Part shown: in pieces, positions 14,376 to 22,067 of the stretch
Layout: every line of letters starts with the position of its first letter
Numbering within the stretch: the stretch's first letter is position 1
NCBI GenBank assembly: GCA_002713205.1
Contig: PAVW01000014.1
Coordinates: forward strand, 1 to 24,442
DNA length: 24,442 bases
From: Nitrososphaerota archaeon
GTDB lineage: Archaea; Thermoproteota; Nitrososphaeria; Nitrososphaerales; UBA57
Reading direction: 5' to 3'
Translations under genes and position numbers: made by a program
Notes under the pieces: model-generated
Databases searched by the model: none
The model's input: only the letters and a program-made list of their open reading frames with translations
What the model was told of the DNA's origin: nothing

Positions 14376-15440
14376 ATGTCAAGGGTAAAAATTCAGGAAC
14401 ATTCTGAGATCTCCTCAGCCGAGTGGTTGTCAGTAAACCAGTTTCTATATGAGGTAAAACAGATTGACTCTGCATGTATATCAGTCTATTATCCATACGG
14501 TAAAGGACAGGAAACCATATCTTTGCTACAAAAAACAAAGAGGAAGGAGTCATTTGAAAAAATAGAATTAAAAATTGAAAAAAGAATCATGGAGCTTAAA
14601 AAGAGTCCTTCATCGGCAGGCAAGTTTGTAAAAACCCTTTGTATTTTTGGATGGATAATAAACGGCAAAGTAATCACCAAAGAAATTGGAACCTCAAAAA
14701 AACTACCCTACATCTACATGGCAAGCAAAAGACCATATATCAAGCCATTCCGTGACATTCTCAAAACCAATTACGATGTTCTGCTAGTAACGCTTGATCA
14801 AAAATCTGCAAGAATACAGAAATTTCATGGGAGTCAGATAGTCCAAGAAGATAGACTTAAGATCGACTTGCGGGCAAGGCATAGGAAAGGAGGACAGAGC
14901 CAAAAAAGATTCCTGAGAGCAAGACAAATCAAAATTCATGTTTTCTTCAAGAAAGTTGTAAATAGAGTCAAAAAGATGGATTCAAATTCCAAGTTAATAC
15001 TGTTGGGTGGAATTGGTCCTGCAAAAAAAGAATTTTATGGTGAGCTTGATTCGGAATTGGTAAAAAAATGTCGATTTGTAGAAAACTTATCTTTTTCTAC
15101 CCCAATTAGCGATGTTCATAAGAAAATAATCCGTCACCTGTATCAGCATAGAAGAAAATATGTTGTAGGAATTATTGAAAAATACGAAAACCTAGTCAAA
15201 GAAGGATTGACTGCGAAAAGAAACAATGTTATTTACAAGGCATTAGAAATTGGAGCGGTGGATACGCTAATCGTTTCTGCGGATTATCACACCAATTCTC
15301 AATTTAAAAAGATAATGAAGATGCTGGAGATTGCAAAAAACACGTCAGCTGACATTGAATTTGTGGCCTCTCCAAAAATAATCAAAAAGCTGGAAATTCA
15401 TGATTCGGTTTTAGCCATACTCCGATATAGGATAAAATAA
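14376..15440 (+). CDS. Compact eRF1/aRF1-fold protein retaining GGQ but lacking recognisable NIKS and YxCxxxF motifs (aRF1 paralogue or rescue-factor-like)
   Basis: 354 aa. The M-domain signature is RARHRKGGQSQKRFLRARQ, with GGQ codons at 14889-14897. eRF1 domain 2/3 patterns are present (LLVTLDQKSARI, LILLGGIGPAKKEFYG, ALEIGAVDTLIVSAD, C-terminal LAILRYRI). I find no NIKS anywhere. The position equivalent to YxCxxxF reads YIYMASKRPYIKPF. There is no C-domain mini-insert. Confidence 0.8.
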   Translation: MSRVKIQEHSEISSAEWLSVNQFLYEVKQIDSACISVYYPYGKGQETISLLQKTKRKESFEKIELKIEKRIMELKKSPSSAGKFVKTLCIFGWIINGKVITKEIGTSKKLPYIYMASKRPYIKPFRDILKTNYDVLLVTLDQKSARIQKFHGSQIVQEDRLKIDLRARHRKGGQSQKRFLRARQIKIHVFFKKVVNRVKKMDSNSKLILLGGIGPAKKEFYGELDSELVKKCRFVENLSFSTPISDVHKKIIRHLYQHRRKYVVGIIEKYENLVKEGLTAKRNNVIYKALEIGAVDTLIVSADYHTNSQFKKIMKMLEIAKNTSADIEFVASPKIIKKLEIHDSVLAILRYRIK

Positions 15441-15454
15441 CTTTTAAACAAAAA

Positions 15455-15955
15455 TCATCCAATATACGACATACTTGACCTATCGAAATTGTTTATGATT
15501 TCAAAAGTTGAATTGTCGGTTTTGCCTGGTCCTAGGCTTTGTAATTGCGGATACAAGGCGAACAGTTCTTTAGTTGCAAATCTCATCGTAGGATGTTCTG
15601 GTCCAAAGTTCTGTTCACATATCTGTGAAACTAGTTTGTGTACTTGTGTTTCATCATGATAGCCGAATGTATGCAGGTATTCATGAGTAAGTATGGAGAA
15701 AATAAAGCTGTTGAATTCAACCTTTGATTGGGAAAGTGTCTTCATTGCGTGTAATATTGTGCGGTTAATGACGATAATATTGCTTCCTGCAACATGATAT
15801 GCTCCTATGTGATTTGGAATTTCTGCGAGGATCATGGTCAGTCCAGCACGGTGAAGTGATAACGATGATTCAACGGATTTTTTAACAAGTGTAAAAACCT
15901 CATTGTAATCTTTAGCGGTTTTTAGTTGTGGGATGAGAGGATATTGATTCATCAT
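15455..15955 (-). CDS. Small cytosolic zinc metallopeptidase-like protein (HExxHxxGxxD)
   Basis: The motif THEYLHTFGYHD (codons 15653-15685) fits the metzincin-type HEXXHXXGXX(H/D). A possible Met-turn lies in EHPTMRF. There is no signal peptide. The ORF track starts at GTG 15967. I prefer ATG 15955 or 15952, which sits about 24-34 nt downstream of a minus-strand AAATATATAAA TATA-like element. Confidence 0.55.
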   Translation of the reverse strand: MMNQYPLIPQLKTAKDYNEVFTLVKKSVESSLSLHRAGLTMILAEIPNHIGAYHVAGSNIIVINRTILHAMKTLSQSKVEFNSFIFSILTHEYLHTFGYHDETQVHKLVSQICEQNFGPEHPTMRFATKELFALYPQLQSLGPGKTDNSTFEIINNFDRSSMSYIG

Positions 15956-16079
15956 AAAAATATACACAATTACGGTTTATATATTTAGTTGGTGAAAAAA
16001 AATAGGCAATCCTTAACACATGTATAAACTACAGGCGTAAGGATTACATTGATGTTTGTATAACATTTTTCTAGTTGAA

Positions 16080-16601
16080 TTAGTCGACGCGAATGTCAGT
16101 TTCGTCGTTGGATTTTTTTATAGGAATTTCTAATTCAAGCATTCCATTGGTAAAAGTCGCTTTTGATTTGGGGGAATCAAGCTTTCGGCCAGTTGGAACA
16201 TCTGTGTTATACTTTCGATCTCCATTTTCAGCTTTGATTTGAACTGTTCCTTGGTTTTCCGTAATCCGGATGTCTGCTTTATTTACGCCTGGTAATTCTG
16301 CCACGATTCGAATTTTGTTTCCGTCCTTATCGTCAATTACTTCGACGAGCGGTTCTCTGTGTTCTGAAATTGAATCTGTATTTTGAATTTGAGAAGTGTT
16401 TTCAATATTTCCAAATTCTCGGACTATGGGCTTGCCATCAGGTCCAGTTTGCATAGTATATCCATAGAAATACGGTTTACCAAATTCCATGTTTTTGGGA
16501 AAATTAATTTGGGTATCAGTAAACATACTATCAAAGCTTTGTATCTCTCGATACATATTTTCGAAGATTTTTTCGATTAAATTATTTCGTTTTATGTTCA
16601 T
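16080..16601 (-). CDS. hsp20: Small heat-shock protein, Hsp20/alpha-crystallin family
   Basis: The alpha-crystallin domain reads EPLVEVIDDKDGNKIRIVAELPGVNKADIRI...ATFTNGMLELEIPIKK. I prefer ATG 16601 (MNIKRNN...) over the track start at 16625, which lies inside an upstream palindrome. Confidence 0.88.
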   Translation of the reverse strand: MNIKRNNLIEKIFENMYREIQSFDSMFTDTQINFPKNMEFGKPYFYGYTMQTGPDGKPIVREFGNIENTSQIQNTDSISEHREPLVEVIDDKDGNKIRIVAELPGVNKADIRITENQGTVQIKAENGDRKYNTDVPTGRKLDSPKSKATFTNGMLELEIPIKKSNDETDIRVD

Positions 16602-16613
16602 TACAATATACCT

Positions 16614-16660
16614 CGTTACTAACATAAGGTTAGTAACTAAAACATATAAACGTTACTAAA
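16614..16660. promoter_or_regulatory. Candidate hsp20 operator: 9-5-9 perfect palindrome plus a third direct half-site
   Basis: The palindrome is gttactaac (16615-16623) - ataag - gttagtaac (16629-16637). A further cgttactaa copy lies at 16651-16659. A minus-strand TATA-like tttatatg lies between them (16640-16650). Confidence 0.4.
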
Positions 16661-16670
16661 TTAGTTCGAT

Positions 16671-17768
16671 TTATACAAATATGGATATTGTGGTTATCGC
16701 AATTGCGGTTTCACTGCCGGTGGGTGTGGTCCAGAGAAGAATAGTATAGACACCTGGTCCAAATTCATCAATTATTTTTGTAAAGTCATCGCTAATTGAA
16801 AAAGCGGTTTTGTCTGAACTGTGTTTTATTTCCCATTCTCTGGCAACTAAAACTATTGTTGTTTCAGACCGTAGGTTTAGTATATTCTCCATGTCTTCTT
16901 CTGTAACTTCATCAGATGGATTTGGTATCATATTACCTACAGACATGGAAGAAACACATGCAAAAATGCTGCATTGGTGGCCATAATTATAACGAGTGGG
17001 AGTTGACATAAGTTGTTGATCTGAAAGAGGAACAGGTGTTGGCTCAAAGAAGATATCTACATTGTGTAAAGTAGAATTAAATTGTATTTCGCCAGATAAT
17101 TCCAATATGTTATCGGAAGTAATAGTAGGATATTGTTTCCAATCAATGTAATCATGTTCAAAATCCTGTACAATTGATATACAGAAATCATTCCAAGCTA
17201 TACCTATAGCAACATTATTATGAATTGGATATAGGAGTGTTTGTGAATGCTCCCAGTTGGACGGTTCATCATCTTCAACCATTGAATATTCATTCCAAGC
17301 TATCACTTGTTTAATGGATTCTTCAGTCCAGTGTTTTTTAAGATTAGGAGTTCCCAATACACGTGTGTTTTCCATAATGCCGCCTTCGCCGCCATCTATT
17401 GAATAACGCATATAAGGCTTCATTCCATTAGGGCCCCAGTGACTAGATATACAAGTAAAAAGAAGCTCATCGGCGTGTTTTTGTGTAAAACCATTATTAA
17501 TCAAAACTAGTTCTGGTGCTCCATATTTTGCTCTATCTGCATTGATCAATTCAAAGGCATATTGAACAAGTTGTTGCTGATCAATGCTCTCGGGAGCTAG
17601 TGACACATCCTTTTCATTTGTGCAAGCGAAGATTAATTCTGGATCACCTTCTCTAAGGTCGTCTAAAAAGCATATTTTTGGCTCGTAAAAAATAGTATCC
17701 CAGCTGAACCACAATACAGCTGTCATTAATGCCACTATAACAATGACTGCAATATACAGAATTTTCAA
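16671..17768 (-). CDS. Secreted or membrane-anchored CAP/SCP/PR-1-like domain protein
   Basis: The N-terminal TM is ILYIAVIVIVALMTAVLWF. The sequence LVQYAFELINADRAKYGAPELVLINNGFTQKHADELLFTCISSHWGPNGMKPYMRYSIDGGEGGIMEN resembles the bacterial/archaeal SCP-like (YkwD-type) pattern. The C-terminal ~180 aa are unrecognised. The start is apparently TTG. Confidence 0.55.
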   Translation of the reverse strand: MKILYIAVIVIVALMTAVLWFSWDTIFYEPKICFLDDLREGDPELIFACTNEKDVSLAPESIDQQQLVQYAFELINADRAKYGAPELVLINNGFTQKHADELLFTCISSHWGPNGMKPYMRYSIDGGEGGIMENTRVLGTPNLKKHWTEESIKQVIAWNEYSMVEDDEPSNWEHSQTLLYPIHNNVAIGIAWNDFCISIVQDFEHDYIDWKQYPTITSDNILELSGEIQFNSTLHNVDIFFEPTPVPLSDQQLMSTPTRYNYGHQCSIFACVSSMSVGNMIPNPSDEVTEEDMENILNLRSETTIVLVAREWEIKHSSDKTAFSISDDFTKIIDEFGPGVYTILLWTTPTGSETAIAITTISIFV

Positions 17769-17796
17769 TATAAATTAACTATTTGTTTGCTTATTA

Positions 17797-18612
17797 TTAG
17801 CTTCGCCTTTTTCGTATCATCCAGCCAATATATGCAGCCCAACCTACAGCTACAACGACAATGCCTATTTCAGTAACTGGTAATCCTGAGCCTCCTAAAC
17901 TTCCTGAGCTTCCTGAGCCATCATCTGGAGGAGCTACTATAACAATATCAACCCAATTACTTTGGTCCGCATCTTGAGCTGAAACCCCTTCTGGATAAAC
18001 TGAAATTGTTCTTTTGTCAGAACCACTTTCATCAAAGAATATAAACCGTGCTCCAATTGTGCTTCCGTATACTGCGGCAATATCATTAGCATCACCAGAA
18101 TCTATTGGATGTAATATTTCGAAATGATTGTAGTTACCAATTCTACCCACCATCCCATCAACATCAACTTGCTGATCATCCAATATATCTAATCCAGGAC
18201 CAACAAAACCGTCACCGACTCTATTTCTCGCACCAATAGAAATTGTATCCTCGCCAACATTAAATTGTTCTCCGTCGTGTCTTACATCAAAATCTATTGT
18301 TAAAATATCCAAGCCAACATTAACTACTTCATCTAAGGAGTTATCTGAAACTTTTGCAGCAATGTATAGAAACCGTCTATCATTCATAACATAAATGGTA
18401 GTATCTCCTTCTGGCATTGTAAACGTTACTTTAGATGCAGCGGCCCATTCTCTGCCATCTTCATCAATTACACCATCTATCGTAGGTGGAGTACTTGTAT
18501 ATGCTTCAAAAACATCTCCAGAATGTGCATTAACAGGAACTGTCCAAATTGAGGAAGTCAACAGTGCAGTTATTAATAAAAGAAAAAGTCCAATAAAGTT
18601 CATTGATTTCAT
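17797..18612 (-). CDS. Secreted protein with a CBM9/DOMON-like domain, a Gly/Ser linker and a C-terminal TM anchor
   Basis: The signal peptide is MKSMNFIGLFLLLITALLTSS...VNA/HSG. The sequence PPTIDGVIDEDGREWAAASKV resembles the p-t-IDG...E-W start of CBM9/DOMON-type domains. The linker is DDGSGSSGSLGGSG. The anchor is IGIVVVAVGWAAYIGWMI followed by RKRRS. Confidence 0.5.
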   Translation of the reverse strand: MKSMNFIGLFLLLITALLTSSIWTVPVNAHSGDVFEAYTSTPPTIDGVIDEDGREWAAASKVTFTMPEGDTTIYVMNDRRFLYIAAKVSDNSLDEVVNVGLDILTIDFDVRHDGEQFNVGEDTISIGARNRVGDGFVGPGLDILDDQQVDVDGMVGRIGNYNHFEILHPIDSGDANDIAAVYGSTIGARFIFFDESGSDKRTISVYPEGVSAQDADQSNWVDIVIVAPPDDGSGSSGSLGGSGLPVTEIGIVVVAVGWAAYIGWMIRKRRS

Positions 18613-18667
18613 TGTATTCTCCTTTAGTTATCATGTGAACTAATTAATAAATAATCTATTAAAATTA

Positions 18668-19981
18668 TTATCGTATTTTAATATATTTGTAGGCATCAGT
18701 TAAAGTTTCAAATGCATAATGAACTTTGGTGAATTGTTTTCTGAATTCAATAACATCTGTCTTAATTGTATCAATATTCTCTTTGTCAATTATTATTCGT
18801 GAAATAAAGTTTGCAATTTCTATCATTTCAGACTCTTTCATACCCAATCTAGTGATCTCTGAACTACCAAGACGAATTCCACCTGGGTGGACATAATCTC
18901 TACCTGCCTTTTTGTCACCTGGTAGGAGTTGTCGATTTACAATTAGATTGGCTTTTTCTAGTTCTTTCTCAAAATATCCACCATCGCCATATTTTGAAGT
19001 GTCTACAGCAACTTGATGTGATTCAGTAAAACCGTTTTTTTCACCAAGAACTACAAGTCCTTTTTCATTTAGTGATTCAGCAAGAGCTTTGGCGTTTTTT
19101 ACTGTTTGTACGGCATAATCTTTACCAAATTCTAACATCTCTGCAAATGCAATGGCCTTTGCAGCAACACTATGAAGATGATGATTACTTGTATTACCTG
19201 GAAAGACTGATTTTTTTATATCATCTGCATATTTGTTCCATGATAAAATCATACCACCTTGAGGTCCAGGCAGTGTCTTATGTGTACTGAGCGTCATTGT
19301 TTGTGCGCCTTCACGTAAAGGATCTTGAAATTGTTTTCCAGCAATCAGTCCTGAAACATGTGCAGAATCATAACAAATAAAAATATCATGATCAAGAAGA
19401 AAATCTTTTAATTCTTTCATCGGGTGTGGAAAAAGGAAAAGGCTTCCACCGAACATAGCCATGTTGGGTTTATCATTTTCCTCTTCAATCATTTTTGTAA
19501 TTCTTTGTTTTGATTTGTCGACATCAATGTTCATTTCTTCTCTATCAAAAGCAAAATAATCAATACGTAAACCGTGAACAAGTCCCGCGGTACCTGAAAA
19601 ATCTGATTTGCCATGCGATATATGTCCGCCAGAAGGAATAGGTAGTGCAATCATCTTGTCATTGGGATTAGTGAATGCAGAATACACGGATAGATTTGCA
19701 CATACGCCAGAAATTGGTCGCACGTCAGCAAACTCGGCATTGAATAGTTTTTTTGCTAATTCAATAGTAATTAATTCGACTTCATCAATGTATGTACAGC
19801 CTGCATAAACTCTTTCACCAGGCCATCCCTCTGCATATCTGTTACCAAAATCTGAGACGAATGCTTCTCGTACAGCAGGGCTTGGTATATTTTCTGATGC
19901 TATTAATGGTATAGATTCGGAGAACCATTTATGATGTTTTTCTAATAAACCAAATACGTTATCATATTTCTCACGTGACAA
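18668..19981 (-). CDS. glyA: Serine hydroxymethyltransferase
   Basis: IPLIASENIPSPAVREA...GNRYAEGWPGERVYAGC is present, and the PLP-lysine motif is LSTHKTLPGPQGG. The start is apparently TTG at 19981. Confidence 0.93.
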   Translation of the reverse strand: MSREKYDNVFGLLEKHHKWFSESIPLIASENIPSPAVREAFVSDFGNRYAEGWPGERVYAGCTYIDEVELITIELAKKLFNAEFADVRPISGVCANLSVYSAFTNPNDKMIALPIPSGGHISHGKSDFSGTAGLVHGLRIDYFAFDREEMNIDVDKSKQRITKMIEEENDKPNMAMFGGSLFLFPHPMKELKDFLLDHDIFICYDSAHVSGLIAGKQFQDPLREGAQTMTLSTHKTLPGPQGGMILSWNKYADDIKKSVFPGNTSNHHLHSVAAKAIAFAEMLEFGKDYAVQTVKNAKALAESLNEKGLVVLGEKNGFTESHQVAVDTSKYGDGGYFEKELEKANLIVNRQLLPGDKKAGRDYVHPGGIRLGSSEITRLGMKESEMIEIANFISRIIIDKENIDTIKTDVIEFRKQFTKVHYAFETLTDAYKYIKIR

Positions 19982-20083
19982 AATTATCTCTTATGTAATT
20001 GGCATAATTAGGAAAAAATAAAGCTTGTTAAATTATACATGAAAAGCTAAATTATATGCCATAAAGACGTATTATTACTGTAG

Positions 20084-20668
20084 ATGAGAAGAATCTATAA
20101 AAACAAAAAAGAGGGCAAATTAGGAGGCATTTGTTCAGGAATAGGGGATTATTTGGACATGGACCCTGTAATAATAAGATTAATTTTCATATTTTCAGTT
20201 TTTGTTTGGGGCTCGGGTATTCTGATTTACATTATTTTATGGGCAATAATTCCCACAAACCCTAATCCAAGTAATAAAGCAGCACCTGCAAAAATAGATC
20301 GAAATAATACATTACTGGTAGTTGGATTTATTGTAGTTAGTATATTTGTTGTTGGTTGTTTTATACAAAATTCGTTTTGGATGGTTGATATTAGAACAGA
20401 TCACCGAATTAATGCAGATGGTAAACAATATGATTCAATGCTTCGTGAGAAATGTGCTAAAATGCGTGAGGATATAGACGCAAGGGAACGTGATGTAGAT
20501 TCCGATAAAAAGAAAGATATTTTCGACAAGTGTATTAAGAAAGGTTCGATGAAACATAATAATTTAAATGAAAAACGAATGATGAAAAGAGATCGCAATC
20601 CTATCTTGCCTTTTATTGCAGGAGCAATATTCGTTATTGTAATAATGCAATTTATGAAGAAGAAATAG
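20084..20668 (+). CDS. PspC-domain membrane protein
   Basis: The N-terminal sequence MRRIYKNKKEGKLGGICSGIGDYLDMDPVIIRLIFIFSVFVWGSGILIYIILWAIIP is a classic PspC domain. A second TM, a charged tail and a C-terminal hydrophobic segment follow. Confidence 0.85.
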   Translation: MRRIYKNKKEGKLGGICSGIGDYLDMDPVIIRLIFIFSVFVWGSGILIYIILWAIIPTNPNPSNKAAPAKIDRNNTLLVVGFIVVSIFVVGCFIQNSFWMVDIRTDHRINADGKQYDSMLREKCAKMREDIDARERDVDSDKKKDIFDKCIKKGSMKHNNLNEKRMMKRDRNPILPFIAGAIFVIVIMQFMKKK

Positions 20669-20672
20669 GAAT

Positions 20673-21995
20673 TTAAAGATATTCAGTCAGTCGTCTTTGG
20701 AATAATAAATGATTTAATAAATAGCTTGAATTTAACCAGTGATTCTTTTTAATTGTAAGTTTTGAAAAAGCGTATTTCAGCGCATCTGATAAATTATCAA
20801 ATGACTGATAATTAGTTTTTAATTGGTGGCGAATACTTTCACGGACGTTCCAAACACCAACTGGCAAAATGTAGCCCGGATGTATCTCTCTGAACAGAAG
20901 TGACCCAGCTTGTTTTCTTTCAGCAAATAATGATTCAGCAACGGCTAAACGTGTAGAATAATAACACCCTCCAACTTGTGCATATTGTTTCCTGCCGTGA
21001 TATGATTCATGATCGCCAAGTAGATATGGTTCTCGGCCCCACATATTCCAAGTAGTATTTGGAAACCATGCTTCAATCCATTCAAATTGCCATTCAATTG
21101 GCAATAATATACTAACATACAAATTATCCAGATTTTTTAGATAGTAAACACGAAAATCGTCGATGGTTGGAAATTGTTTAATTTCTTTGATGAGTGATTT
21201 GGAAATAGTATCATCTACGGCGGTAATACTCCACCTGGTAGGAACGAACTTTCTCTTGTTCCCAATACCCAAGTTTCCAACGCTTAGTGTTTTTTGAATT
21301 CGTGATACAAGTACACCTTTGTTATATAGATCTACAATTCCATTGGAAGCCTTCAAGTCACGATCATAATATGCTTTTTCAATTCTTTGATCAACTGATA
21401 TATTATTTGTATGAAATGATTTCAACGGCGCGGATGGGCCAAACGGTTGCGAGTTTTCATGGAATGACATTCTATCATGGGGTTTTTTGGTCAAGTTTAA
21501 TTCCAAATCAACCGGTTTTGACGCCATACCAAGTTCTTGTATGTTTTCAACAAATTTTCCACCTTTGCTTGCGTCATGAATATTTAATGTAGTATTGCCA
21601 CGAATTAACGAATGACGGAAATCAATTATTTCGTCAATGGATTTACCATTCCATTGTTCAGGAGTGTCCAATATTTCCGTATTTCCAAAATAGTTTGGTG
21701 TCATTGGACCAATGAAGACTTTTGGGTATCCAAAACGCCCAACAAATACTCCAGGAGGTGCGGTTCCTTCTATATGTGTAGAATCAGGATTGGTAGAAAC
21801 GCGTGAAATAGATTCAGCTTTAGCAATTATTGGACAACGTGATTTACCGCACAGTAATTTTGTTCCGCGGCATTCTAGACACATTTCAGGAGGCGGTTCT
21901 TCAGTAGTTTTAATAAAGTTGGAAATCTGAACAGGTTTACGAAGAGATTCTATTTTTATAATGTTGTTGAGTGGTCTTTTATCCGTTAAGGACAT
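20673..21995 (-). CDS. Archaeal Nre-family (NreA-like) DNA repair protein with a C-terminal PIP-box-like motif
   Basis: 440 aa. The N-terminal Cys motif CLECRGTKLLCGKSRCPI is as I recall for Nre_N. The extreme C-terminus QRRLTEYL (codons 20676-20699) fits the PCNA-interacting consensus Q-x-x-L-x-x-[FY]-[FYL]. The family assignment is from memory, not from a search. Confidence 0.55.
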   Translation of the reverse strand: MSLTDKRPLNNIIKIESLRKPVQISNFIKTTEEPPPEMCLECRGTKLLCGKSRCPIIAKAESISRVSTNPDSTHIEGTAPPGVFVGRFGYPKVFIGPMTPNYFGNTEILDTPEQWNGKSIDEIIDFRHSLIRGNTTLNIHDASKGGKFVENIQELGMASKPVDLELNLTKKPHDRMSFHENSQPFGPSAPLKSFHTNNISVDQRIEKAYYDRDLKASNGIVDLYNKGVLVSRIQKTLSVGNLGIGNKRKFVPTRWSITAVDDTISKSLIKEIKQFPTIDDFRVYYLKNLDNLYVSILLPIEWQFEWIEAWFPNTTWNMWGREPYLLGDHESYHGRKQYAQVGGCYYSTRLAVAESLFAERKQAGSLLFREIHPGYILPVGVWNVRESIRHQLKTNYQSFDNLSDALKYAFSKLTIKKNHWLNSSYLLNHLLFQRRLTEYL

Positions 21996-22043
21996 CTAGA
22001 ATATGATACCGGTTATGAAATAAAAATAATGTCGTCAATTTTT

Positions 22044-22067
22044 TTCCATTGTATCGATACAATGGAA
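22044..22067. promoter_or_regulatory. Perfect 24-bp palindrome ttccattgtatc/gatacaatggaa in the nre / sec61-beta divergent intergenic region
   Basis: The 12+12 inverted repeat is read directly and has no mismatch. It is flanked by T-runs. The right arm acaatggaatct recurs exactly at 22131-22142. Confidence 0.4.

Noticed and set aside
14326-14680. Minus-strand ORFs 14326-14553 and 14489-14680
   Set aside because: Both lie antisense to the 5' part of the eRF1-like gene. The first would also span its promoter and palindrome, and neither has a motif.
14376-15440. Calling this gene Pelota/Dom34 or canonical aRF1
   Set aside because: Pelota lacks GGQ, whereas this protein has RKGGQSQKRF. Canonical aRF1 has NIKS and YxCxxxF and is longer, and neither motif is visible here. 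I therefore report it as a divergent eRF1-fold paralogue pending whole-genome context.
16008-16045. 8-bp inverted repeat aatcctta...taaggatt downstream of hsp20 as a terminator hairpin
   Set aside because: The 22-nt loop makes the structure weak, and there is no adjacent T-run on the relevant strand. It could be chance in AT-rich DNA.
16383-16580. 65-aa plus-strand ORF antisense to hsp20
   Set aside because: It is nested antisense to a CDS with a clear alpha-crystallin domain.
17797-17900. PGF-CTERM or PEFG-CTERM archaeosortase signal at the C-terminus of the 271-aa surface protein
   Set aside because: The tripartite layout is present (Gly/Ser linker, TM helix, basic tail). However, the motif preceding the helix is LPVTE, not PGF or PEFG, so I cannot assert a sortase signal.
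18395-19808. Plus-strand ORFs 18395-18643, 19072-19290 and 19608-19808
   Set aside because: They lie antisense to the surface-protein gene and to glyA, and they have no motifs.
20401-20598. 65-aa minus-strand ORF within the PspC-domain gene
   Set aside because: It lies antisense to a supported CDS, and its translation is S/F/L-rich noise.
21287-21930. Three plus-strand ORFs antisense to the Nre-family gene
   Set aside because: The minus-strand 440-aa frame is continuous and has an N-terminal Cys motif and a C-terminal PIP-like box. The antisense ORFs are short and featureless.
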